From Candidatus Thalassarchaeaceae archaeon (GTDB lineage: Archaea > Thermoplasmatota > Poseidoniia > Poseidoniales > Thalassarchaeaceae), in the NCBI GenBank assembly GCA_030748775.1, contig JASMLH010000003.1, positions 24,281-88,280 on the forward strand: a DNA stretch of 64,000 nucleotides, written 5' to 3'. Both the position numbers and the translations under genes were made by a program. Shown here piece after piece: positions 19,032-29,500 of the stretch. The notes under the pieces were generated by a model that was not told where the DNA came from, searched no databases, and saw only the letters and a list, made by a program, of their open reading frames with translations. Within the stretch, counting starts at the first letter, position 1. The number at the start of each line of letters is the position of its first letter.

Positions 19032-19049
19032 CCCGCACGAGAGTGCGGG
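19032..19049. other. Perfect 7-bp hairpin CCCGCAC-GAGA-GTGCGGG in the leader of the 970-aa gene
   Basis: Inverted repeat read directly; GNRA loop on the + strand, UCUC loop on the - strand. Confidence 0.5.
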
Positions 19050-19068
19050 ACGTGTGTGTGTGCTGAGT

Positions 19069-19260
19069 CTAATTTTTGTCAATAATCCCATGGATCCTTG
19101 GTGCCTGCTTAGAACCGTAGCCTACTGCATTTGACAGTTTGGCCCTGTCCCTGACCTTCCTAAGTCCGGAACCGAATCCCTTTGACTCGGTTGAATTTTG
19201 GTTGGGGGAGCGGGACGACCGCTCCCCCGAGTTTTTGTTGTGCATCCCATCATCGCTCAA
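19069..19260 (-). CDS. Small basic hypothetical protein (63 aa), probably translationally coupled to the RHH gene
   Basis: TTG start 5 nt after a perfect GAGGTGA Shine-Dalgarno that overlaps the RHH stop codon; fills an otherwise empty gap. Confidence 0.5.
   Translation of the reverse strand: MSDDGMHNKNSGERSSRSPNQNSTESKGFGSGLRKVRDRAKLSNAVGYGSKQAPRIHGIIDKN
19204..19228. other. Perfect 10-bp GC-rich hairpin GGGGGAGCGG-GACGA-CCGCTCCCCC, followed by GAGTTTTT on the + strand
   Basis: Inverted repeat read directly. Terminator-like only on the + strand, which is antisense to the local genes. Confidence 0.45.
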
Positions 19261-19269
19261 TCTCTCACC

Positions 19270-19635
19270 TCAAGCGTTCGAATCTTCGTCAAATCTAGAG
19301 CGCAGATCGTCCATCCGCCTCTTCAGGAGCTCCTGTACGGTTGCCCCTTGGATCATTTCTTTGCTAATCATCTCCCTAGCAGCCTGCCTAAGTACGACAT
19401 CTGCAGTCTCCCCGTAGATCTTACAGTAGTCCCGTAGTCGGATAGTTAGGTCGGGCCCAAGGTTAACTTCTACCCTGTCTCCTTGCCCTGGCAGGGGGCT
19501 TGCCAGCATTCTTCTTACTGCTTCCCTGACAACATCGGACCTATTCCTCATTCCGTCAAATCCGACCAACCTGTCCAATTCCAGAAGATGATCTTCTGGT
19601 ATTCTTAGCGATACCATTGGACTGTTGCCTGCCAT
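19270..19635 (-). CDS. Ribbon-helix-helix (CopG/NikR/CdrS-like) transcription regulator
   Basis: MVSLRIPEDHLLELDRLV....NRSDVVREAVRRML is a classic RHH; a second RHH-like unit follows (VEVNL..DLTIRL..YC..ADVVLRQAAREMI). ATG 19635 has an upstream AGGAGG; the longer ORF-track start runs through the promoter. Confidence 0.85.
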   Translation of the reverse strand: MAGNSPMVSLRIPEDHLLELDRLVGFDGMRNRSDVVREAVRRMLASPLPGQGDRVEVNLGPDLTIRLRDYCKIYGETADVVLRQAAREMISKEMIQGATVQELLKRRMDDLRSRFDEDSNA

Positions 19636-19672
19636 CTCCGGTTCCTCCTGAGTTTCCGAGACACTAGGGTGG

Positions 19673-19700
19673 CATATAATTGTATTGCAATTGAAATACA
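19673..19700 (-). promoter_or_regulatory. TATA-like box (ATTATATG, 19680-19673) with an adjacent 20-bp palindrome TGTATTGCAATTGAAATACA (19681-19700)
   Basis: The palindrome matches its reverse complement at 18 of 20 positions; AT-rich divergent intergenic region between the RHH and HD genes. Confidence 0.6.
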
Positions 19701-19764
19701 TTTGAAAGACAAAATAATTGATTGTCGATAGCTTATGATTCAGAAATTCAGTTCTATTGAAGGC

Positions 19765-21111
19765 ATGACTACTCTTGGGATGGTCGGTGATGCTGTGAAA
19801 ATCATCAACGATGCAATCCATGGCCAGTTCAAGTTGGAGGGAGTTACTGAGGAACTCTTAGGGACTCCCGAGATCAATAAGCTAAGCCACATCAAGCAAT
19901 TGGGACTTGCTCACCTGGTCTTTCCAGGGGCCCATCACACTAGGTTTGAACACTCGATGGGTGCCTCGCACATCGCAGGGATGATGGCCGACTCTGTGGG
20001 TTTGGACCAACACGAGAAGGCTACTCTAGAAGTAGCAGCAATGCTGCATGATGTCGGACATGGTCCCTACTCGCACACGCTTGAGCACATACTCAGTGAG
20101 AGGGGAGGCAAGGACCACATGTCAGTAACAGAGGGGATAATTATGGGGGATTACGATGTTTTGATCGAGGGGGAGGGTCTACCGTTATCTGACCGTGACT
20201 CAATCCCAGAAATTCTGGAAAGAAACGAGCTCGAACCAAAACACGTGGCTTCTCTAATTAGAGGTCCAGATGCATCCGGAAAGGAGCGCTCTCTAACCAA
20301 TTGGACAGAAGGAATGTCGGACTTCTCCGGCGATGACAAAACAATGGCGCATTTGATTCATGGTTCTGTGGATTGCGATCAGTTAGACTTCCTCCTCAGA
20401 GACTCTCATTTCACAGGAGTAAAGCATGGAGTGGTAGACCTACACCCCCTTGTCGGCTCATTGGGGAGCCAAGGGGGGGACGTGGTAGTCGATCAGGGTG
20501 GTCTTTCCGCATTGGAAGGAATGCTCCTAGCTAGGGGGCTAATGTACAGTTCAGTATACTTCCACCGTGTAACAAGAGTTACGGAGGTCATGCTCTCAAG
20601 GGCAGTCGAGAAGGCAGGAGACAGTCTCCCCGACTCCCTTGATCTTCAGAGGCGAGTCGATGCAGAAATCTGGGGTGCCCTTTCGGATTCGGGGGGTTTC
20701 GCCAAGGACATGATTACACGTTTGAAATACAGAAAGTTACTGAAAGTCTGTCTTAGTAGGAGAAAGGAGGATCTTTCCAAGGAAAATATTGAGTTCCTGG
20801 CATCTCTGGCCAATGACTCAAATGCCAGGAGGGCACTTGAGGACGATCTAGCCCACCGTTCAGGATTGGAACCCGGATATGTCGCAATTGACGTACCCAG
20901 TGTAAAGCTTCTATTATCAGAGCCTAGAATGTCACAGGTCGATGTTAGGATAGTAGGTGATGATGGAAAAACAAGGTGGTTGAGGGAGATGACCCCAATG
21001 GCAGATGCTCTGAAGAAAAGGCAGGTAAGTCAGGATGTTGTCTACGTTATGACTGTACAAGGTTCGGAGAAGAAAGTCGCAGAAATAGCAGAACGACATC
21101 TATTTTCATAG
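19765..21111 (+). CDS. HD-domain phosphohydrolase (dNTP triphosphohydrolase/SAMHD1-like)
   Basis: INDAIHG, L..IKQLG...VFPGAHHTRFEHSMG, LHDVGHGPYSH, DCDQLDFLLRD, R..MYSSVYFH. Start uncertain (19735, 19765 or 19780). Confidence 0.85.
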   Translation: MTTLGMVGDAVKIINDAIHGQFKLEGVTEELLGTPEINKLSHIKQLGLAHLVFPGAHHTRFEHSMGASHIAGMMADSVGLDQHEKATLEVAAMLHDVGHGPYSHTLEHILSERGGKDHMSVTEGIIMGDYDVLIEGEGLPLSDRDSIPEILERNELEPKHVASLIRGPDASGKERSLTNWTEGMSDFSGDDKTMAHLIHGSVDCDQLDFLLRDSHFTGVKHGVVDLHPLVGSLGSQGGDVVVDQGGLSALEGMLLARGLMYSSVYFHRVTRVTEVMLSRAVEKAGDSLPDSLDLQRRVDAEIWGALSDSGGFAKDMITRLKYRKLLKVCLSRRKEDLSKENIEFLASLANDSNARRALEDDLAHRSGLEPGYVAIDVPSVKLLLSEPRMSQVDVRIVGDDGKTRWLREMTPMADALKKRQVSQDVVYVMTVQGSEKKVAEIAERHLFS

Positions 21112-21145
21112 TCTATTTTCGCTCATTAGACCTTTGGAACATTGA

Positions 21146-22567
<1,422 letters not shown>

Positions 22568-22587
22568 TTACTCGTTGTATGAATATA

Positions 22588-24282
22588 TTATTCGTCCTCT
22601 CTAGAATTGGCTACAAACGCATATCCGGCAATGCCAGTTCCAATCAATAGTGCGATCATAATTGGCACAACCAATCCACTTCCCTCATCTTCACTTGCGT
22701 CTGACCAAGTCACGAGTCCACTTGTCATCACTCCCCCGCCGAAGGATGAATCATCCACGAGTTGCGTTGGAGTCAGAATTCTGCAAGAAAGGAAATCATC
22801 ACCCACTGCAGTTGTTCTCCAACTGAAGGAAATCGAGGCTTGGGTACTAGGTCCCACCAAAGTACTGGGGAACGAAGGCGATATCTGGGCAGTTTCTCCC
22901 GTGCTATTCAAATCGCAGTTGATGGCTAGCGATGCAGCAGCAGTCCCGGAATTGGAAAGTACAGCTTCTACTTCCACCGACTCTCCAATCTGGACAGAAT
23001 CTACGGTATTTCCATCTTCATCTGAGGTGGTAACTGAAATCCACTCAATGTGGGGTGTGCCTTGGTTTACTACGACTACAGAATCCAAACCAAGATCAAA
23101 CTGGCCGCCACCATAGTTGCTTATTCCCGAGGCTTCTGGATTCCATGCCGTCCTGTAGTCAGTAATTGTCACCAAGGCCTGCTCGACCCATATCGAATCG
23201 GCTTCCCATGTATTATGCTCAGACCATGCTATCTCTACCACTCTCTCCCTTCCGCCATCGATGAAGGAAACTCCCATTTCGTTACTGAAGTTGGAATAGC
23301 TAGGAAATTTATGCATCCCGGAGATCTCGTATGTGACGAACATTGCATCGAAGGAAAGACTCTGACCAGATATCCTCCTCTCCCACTTGTCGGTTAATCC
23401 GCCGGAACCGCTCACCCCTTCCCCCCAGATGATTGATGAATGTGCCTTGGCCCTGACGTCATGATCATCTGTACTGTTTGTGAATTGCGTATTTCCCCCT
23501 AGGTGAATTCCTGCATCATCGCTAGTCAATATGATTGGTCCTACCCTATCAAGAGATGAATCGTTGATGTGAATAATTCCTGATGAGGAGATATGTCCTC
23601 CGAATACTGATGAGGCAATCGACTCCATGGAACCCTCAATATCGATAGTGAACCCAGGTTCGCCATTAATCATCATATTCCTATGCGAGAAATCTGCAGC
23701 ATCGGACCAGACCCTCTCTTGGCTATCCCTCTCAACACTGATCTCGCCAAGAGAAATCGGATGGCAAAGCGGACCAGTAAACCCCACCCACGTATCAACC
23801 GGGCCGTTTCCAAGAGGAATGAAATCCTCATCGCCACTCAGGTCCTTAGTATCGTTTCCAAAATGAGCAACTACGCCGTCCAGCGTGAATCCTTGAATCG
23901 GTCGTACATACATCCTAACATTCTGGTCGGCGGATGAAGAGGCCAATACTGCTGACCTGTTCCCTTCGTCACAATATCCGAATCCGGCTAATCCAGATGG
24001 GGGTTGGCTTGCACTTAATCCCGAATTTTCTAGAGTCAATGAGGATGTTGAATCGACATAGATATTGACTCCATTGCTAATATCTACTTGCGAATTTACA
24101 AAAGATAGAGAACCTCCGTTTACTACTCTGACATTCTGTGACAGCGTCATGCCGTCCGACCATGATATATTCGACTCGATGATGATGTCATCTCCTTCCG
24201 CTACAGCATTACACGGAATGAAGGCAACTGAGAATAATAGTACGAGGCACAACGTAATCGGATTTCTTCTGTTCATTGCCAT
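22588..24282 (-). CDS. Secreted/membrane-anchored protein with a beta-helix-like N-terminal region and a CARDB-like domain
   Basis: Signal peptide (ITLCLVLLFSVAF); VEVEAVLSNSG..ISFSW..LSCRI Ig/CARDB-like unit; C-terminal TM (LVVPIMIALLIGTGIAGYAFV). Confidence 0.6.
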   Translation of the reverse strand: MAMNRRNPITLCLVLLFSVAFIPCNAVAEGDDIIIESNISWSDGMTLSQNVRVVNGGSLSFVNSQVDISNGVNIYVDSTSSLTLENSGLSASQPPSGLAGFGYCDEGNRSAVLASSSADQNVRMYVRPIQGFTLDGVVAHFGNDTKDLSGDEDFIPLGNGPVDTWVGFTGPLCHPISLGEISVERDSQERVWSDAADFSHRNMMINGEPGFTIDIEGSMESIASSVFGGHISSSGIIHINDSSLDRVGPIILTSDDAGIHLGGNTQFTNSTDDHDVRAKAHSSIIWGEGVSGSGGLTDKWERRISGQSLSFDAMFVTYEISGMHKFPSYSNFSNEMGVSFIDGGRERVVEIAWSEHNTWEADSIWVEQALVTITDYRTAWNPEASGISNYGGGQFDLGLDSVVVVNQGTPHIEWISVTTSDEDGNTVDSVQIGESVEVEAVLSNSGTAAASLAINCDLNSTGETAQISPSFPSTLVGPSTQASISFSWRTTAVGDDFLSCRILTPTQLVDDSSFGGGVMTSGLVTWSDASEDEGSGLVVPIMIALLIGTGIAGYAFVANSREDE

Positions 24283-24394
24283 TCCGTCCCGACAGTAGGC
24301 CATGAATATCACCCCTCCGGACTCAATCTTTCCACAGATTTCCCTCTTCCGTTATCGTGCGAAGGTTCATCCTCCGAATTTCACTGCCACGGGC

Positions 24395-25078
24395 ATGTCA
24401 TCGAATTCACTTCCTTGGGATGACCCCTTTATCGCACCACTTCTGGTGCTCTGGCTATATCTCCCAGGATACCTTTCCAATACTGCTGCAATGCTAGGAG
24501 GAAAGTGGATTCCTGATTTGACAGGAATCCCAGTATTCAATATTGATGGAGGCAGGGTGATGTCAGATGGGAACCGAGTTTTGGGAGATGGCAAGACATG
24601 GAATGGTCTAATCGGGGGAACCATAGGAGGGGGCCTATTGGGAGTCCTAACTCATTCAATTTCGAATGGAAATTCAGTGGATTCTGCCCCATTCCTTGAC
24701 CCCCTCTCTACATATGGGACGAACTCCTCGGAAATCTCAGACTCTTGGTTCTACTTCGGAGGAGAATCGGTTACTGCATTCACAATCGGATGTGTTCTTG
24801 GATTTGGGTGCCTGGTGGGCGACTCAGCGGGGTCCTTCATCAAGCGTCGACTAGGCCACAAGCGAGAGGGAGACGTTAGTTCGCAGGCTCCTCTGCTCGA
24901 CACACTTCCCTTTGCTATCTCTGCATTCATCTTCGGACAGTTATTCCTTAGTCCCTCTATAGTTGGAAGCTCGGAGCTACTAATGGGGATGGTCATTCTT
25001 CTTATTCTGACTCCTATTTTGCACCGGTCATTCAATGTCATTGGATATCGACTTGGGCTCAAGTCCGTCCCATACTAG
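24395..25078 (+). CDS. carS: CDP-archaeol synthase
   Basis: YLSNTAAM, IDGGR..DGNRVLGDGKTWNG, GD..GSFIKRRLG..EG..APLLD match the CarS/DUF46 pattern; multi-TM. ATG 24395 preferred. Confidence 0.9.
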   Translation: MSSNSLPWDDPFIAPLLVLWLYLPGYLSNTAAMLGGKWIPDLTGIPVFNIDGGRVMSDGNRVLGDGKTWNGLIGGTIGGGLLGVLTHSISNGNSVDSAPFLDPLSTYGTNSSEISDSWFYFGGESVTAFTIGCVLGFGCLVGDSAGSFIKRRLGHKREGDVSSQAPLLDTLPFAISAFIFGQLFLSPSIVGSSELLMGMVILLILTPILHRSFNVIGYRLGLKSVPY

Positions 25079-25126
25079 ACAGACAGTATATCGGAATCCA
25101 TATCAGCCACATTACTAGCGCAAACC

Positions 25127-26401
25127 ATGGCCTCTTTCGACGTGTTGGTGGTAGGAAGTGGTGGAAGGGAGCATGCATTGGCTATTGGCCTTTCACAGAG
25201 CGACTCTGTCTCAGTTGTACATTGCTGCCCGGGAAATGCCGGGACCTCAATGGTCGGTATTAACCACGACGTATCTGAATCGGATGTTGATGCAATCGTC
25301 TCCCTTTCTCTCGAACTCGGAGTTGGACTTGTCGTGGTGGGGCCAGAGGCACCACTTGTTTCAGGACTCGCAGACCAACTTAGAGCCCAATCCATTCCTT
25401 GCTTCGGCCCCCATTCCGAGGGCGCAATGCTCGAGGGCTCCAAGTTGAATGCAAAGCAGGTCATGCAATCTATGGGGGTGCCCACCGGTGGATTTGAGAT
25501 TGTCAAAGAGCAATCGATGATCGAATCGGCATTGGACTCTTTCGAACCTCCCTGGGTGGTAAAGAGGGATGTCCTAGCTGGAGGAAAGGGAGTCACCGTA
25601 ACTTCCTCTAGGGCAGAAGCATCAGAATCGATCCTCCATGCAATAGATAACGATGGATTCGTCTTGGTCGAGGAATTTCTCTCTGGGGAGGAAGCATCAG
25701 TCCTGGTCATCATGGATGAGTCTGGATATGTGATGCTCCCCCCTAGCCAAGATCACAAGAGGGCATCCGATGGTGATGAGGGGCCAAATACGGGGGGGAT
25801 GGGGGCCTATGCTCCCGCTCCCATTGCAACTCCAACAGTTCTGACCAGGGTTAGAGAAGAGATAGTGGAACCAATGCACCATTTTCTCCGAAACAAATCT
25901 ATTCCATACCGGGGGTGCCTGTATGTTGGACTGATGATAGATTCGAATGGTTCCCCTAGCGTTGTTGAGTTCAACGTCAGACTCGGAGACCCAGAGGCCC
26001 AGGTTACAATTCCACTGATTGAGTCAGATCTAGCCCTCCTCCTATTGGCCTCGGCACGAGGGGAGATTTCGGAGATGGAAGTCGAATTCAGCCCTATGAA
26101 TTCGGCAACGGTAGTCCTGGCATCGGAGGGATATCCGGGAGAAGTTTGCACAGGTAGGGAAATTTCTGGCTGGGACGTTCAAATCGATGAAGGGCAGGTA
26201 TCCGGTTTTGTCCACCTAGCCGGGGCAAATTTCGAGAGCGATGGTCTTCTACTTTCTAGCGGCGGCAGGGTCCTCTCAACAACTGGATTAGCGCCTACAC
26301 TGGAAGGAGCACTGGATGCAGCATACCAGATAATCGATGGAATATCTCTTGAAGGCTCCCACTATCGCTCTGATATCGGATTTAGGGCCCTTTCGCGTTG
26401 A
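25127..26401 (+). CDS. purD: Phosphoribosylamine-glycine ligase
   Basis: VLVVGSGGREHALA, PGNAG, VVVGPEAPL, LEGSK, GKGV, EEFLSGEE, QDHKR..DGDEGPNTGGMGAY, EFNVRLGDPE, GGRVL, YRSDIG. Confidence 0.97.
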   Translation: MASFDVLVVGSGGREHALAIGLSQSDSVSVVHCCPGNAGTSMVGINHDVSESDVDAIVSLSLELGVGLVVVGPEAPLVSGLADQLRAQSIPCFGPHSEGAMLEGSKLNAKQVMQSMGVPTGGFEIVKEQSMIESALDSFEPPWVVKRDVLAGGKGVTVTSSRAEASESILHAIDNDGFVLVEEFLSGEEASVLVIMDESGYVMLPPSQDHKRASDGDEGPNTGGMGAYAPAPIATPTVLTRVREEIVEPMHHFLRNKSIPYRGCLYVGLMIDSNGSPSVVEFNVRLGDPEAQVTIPLIESDLALLLLASARGEISEMEVEFSPMNSATVVLASEGYPGEVCTGREISGWDVQIDEGQVSGFVHLAGANFESDGLLLSSGGRVLSTTGLAPTLEGALDAAYQIIDGISLEGSHYRSDIGFRALSR

Positions 26402-26512
26402 TTTCTACCGTGTTTGGACTCGCCCTCGATTCCAACCGTTCTACGAACGGTTAAAACAAGCGTGAAGGTCGCGGCGCTGCTGAGCCCTAGGCTTGATGGT
26501 CCGGTGGATGGG

Positions 26513-29500
26513 ATGGAGACAGAGAGTGATACTACATCTGGGCATAATATCGAGTACGATATTGCCTATCCAACGATAGCAACTATCGCCCTACTTGGGT
26601 TACTGTTTGTAACTTGTATTTTGGAGGGAAGGGACCTTGTTGGCGAATTAGTTTTCGAGGCCATAGCACTTCCTCTAGCCATCCTGATATCTTCGCTTTC
26701 CGGGCGCTTTTCATCCCTAATTCCATTCTCCTCATCTGGACTCCGGGTTTCTGTGCACGCCTCTGCTCTGCTGGCATTTTCGTTAATTGCGAATATCATC
26801 TCACCCTCGAATTTTGACCACTTGTTCGTTACGATGTTTTTCATCACGGGCTTCGTTTCGGCAATCCTCAACGAATGCAAGAGATTCGAGGAATCTTCAA
26901 TATTCTTCACTGCAATAGTTGGAATGCACATTTCAGTGACTTACGCAGCGGGTCTGGGGATTTCTTCCAACCCAGCATCTTCACAACTGATTGACGCACA
27001 GAGAACCGCAATAGGCACTGCATTCCTCTCTTTCTGGCTCGCCTCTATTGCACTAGGATTCCTAGTTATGGTGGTAATCAGGGGTACACTTCAGGATCGC
27101 GGCTCTGGAAAGTTTTTCTCCGACATACCTGTATTCTCTGAAAGTAAAACACCAGTGATTTACTCCTCCCTAGTTCTTCTTTCATTCATTATCCCATTAG
27201 TTTGGCTGGGAAGGATTGAGGACCTCTCAGAGTTCTCGGAAGGAAAGCATCTTGGTTTTGTCTGGGGAATTTTCTCTGCTTTGGTAGTAATTACTCACTC
27301 ATTCTTCAGGTCCGAGGGTTGGCATGTATTGGGATCGGTCCTAGCAATAAATTGGGTATTGTATACAATCGGCCATCTACATGAGATTGGAAACAACCTC
27401 CCCTCGCTGTTCTCCGAGGAAGGATTCATTGGTACATTCACATGGTTCTTCCTTGGATTCTGGTTGAATTTCTTTGCAATTTTCTTTGCATCTAGGGGTC
27501 TTTTCGGAGACATTGCACCGAGACGGGAGAAAGGTGTCTTCAGGAACTGGTGGGGAGAAAACTCCTATGCAGTATTGGTTGGGATGGCATTTGTCACTGC
27601 TCTGGTAGTCAGGACTGCATGGAACATTATTCCGGCAATGAACGCCCAGGGAACAGGTCTTTGGGATTTGACCGGAGGCTCTGACCCTTGGTACATGAAG
27701 CGAGTCGTCGACTACGTTATCGCAGAAAGGAGCCATCTGATTTTCGATGCCGATAGGGCATACCCTTTGGGCGGAATTAACCCGCGTCCTCCACTTTTCT
27801 CCTGGTCCCTTGCACTTGGGGGGCTCGCACTTTCTTGGATTCTCGAGGTTGCACCAGGGGAAGCAGTCTGGTGGTCAATGGCTGTTTTGCCAGCGGTTTA
27901 CGGGGCTCTAATCGTCTTCCCAATTTCTGGAATAGCCTCTCGCGTTCACAGCAGGAATTCCGGGATTATTGCAGCCTGGTTGATTGCTTTGATGCCAGGG
28001 CACATGAGTCGTTCTACACTTGCAATGGCTGACCACGACTCATTTGCAATGCTATTCCTTGCAATTGCGTTTTTCTACTGGATCAAGGCGCTCGAGAACC
28101 TCGAACACAAGAAGGTCTTCGAGTCAGTGAGCCCCAATCCTCTGTACATCGTTGCAGGTATGAGGGAGACATGGCGGCAGAATCCAGCCCTAATGGCAAA
28201 TGCAACAATGTCTGGAATAGCATTCACTGTGATGGCATTAGGTTGGAAGGGATTCGTTTATGGCCCAGGGATTTTATTTCTTGCATATTCATTCCAGGTA
28301 GCAGTAAACATTTTCCGGGGCCGGGACAGCATCCAATTCACTTCTGCCGCTCTTCAGATGATGCTAACCTGCATCATTCTCCCAGCACCGTTCTATGCAT
28401 GGCCGGGGATGAACCTTCTATTGGCTCCTAGCGGTATGCAGCCAATGTTCTACATCCTTGGCTTCACCTTTGCTGTAGGATGGGTCTCGAGCTCATTCAG
28501 GGACAAGCCGTGGCTGCTTGTTGTGATTAGCGGCTCAGCCCTTTTCGGAACCATTCTAGCCATTCTTTACATACTACAGGCGGCCGATCTATACAACGGT
28601 TGGGATATCCTCTTCACTGGTGGATTCTACTTCTCGAAGAACAAGATTTTCAGCACAATTGGTGAGGCACAGGCCCCTGACAGGGGTATCCTTTTTGCAT
28701 CATACGGGCCGATTGTTGCCCTTATCGCAATAGGCTGTGCATTCGTATTGCTTTGGAGGGGAATTCGTAGAAACAAGTCAAGTCTGACCCTATTGGGCCT
28801 ATGGGCAATAATTGCTACGTACATGGCTTGGACAGCGGGTCGATTCATCATCAACGCTACTCCCGTGATGGCCATCGCAGGAGGAATAGGAATATCCATG
28901 CTATGGGATAGTGCGAACTTCTCAGCCTTTACCAAGGTGAGGAGGAACTCTGGCATCGGCACTCCAAGAACTAGGTTCAGATCGATTTGGCCAGCCACAA
29001 AGGCTCGTCCTGGGATCCCTGCAATGGTACTGGTGATATTGCTCGTTACCTCACAACACGCCACATATGGGATAGACTCAGCAATTCCACGAGGTTCAGA
29101 AGATGCAGTGGATATCGATGAGGACATCTATAACATAGCTCCAGACATATTTAGGCAGGACTTCTTCAACCTGTTCTCGGTACTTAACAGCAAGACGTAC
29201 AACCCCGAATCATCTGGGCAGCTCTGGTACATGGGGACTTTCGGCCCGAGCTTCAACCAGGTTGGCTGGAATGAGGCATTTGATTGGCTTTCTCAACAGG
29301 ACTCGGATGTCCCATTCAGCGAGAGGCCAGCATTCGTTTCATGGTGGGACTATGGTTTCCAAGCCCTGACATCGGGACAGCACCCTACAGTAGCAGACAA
29401 CTTCCAGTCGGGCATTCCTCAGAGCGGAGCCATGCTGCTGGCCGCGGGACAGGAAGACGTTCTTGCGATGTTCATTGCAACCCTTGCTCAAGGCGATAGG

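Noticed and set aside
19051-19062. (GT)n microsatellite as a phase-variation tract
   Set aside because: Only about five units and intergenic; too short to support slippage switching.
18982-19270. SRP RNA or RNase P RNA in this hairpin-rich gap
   Set aside because: I could not find the SRP helix-8 motif or the RNase P GAGGAAAGUCC signature on either strand.
19270-19635. Calling the RHH gene cdrS
   Set aside because: The N-terminus resembles CdrS-type RHHs, but there is no adjacent ftsZ and the protein is about twice as long.
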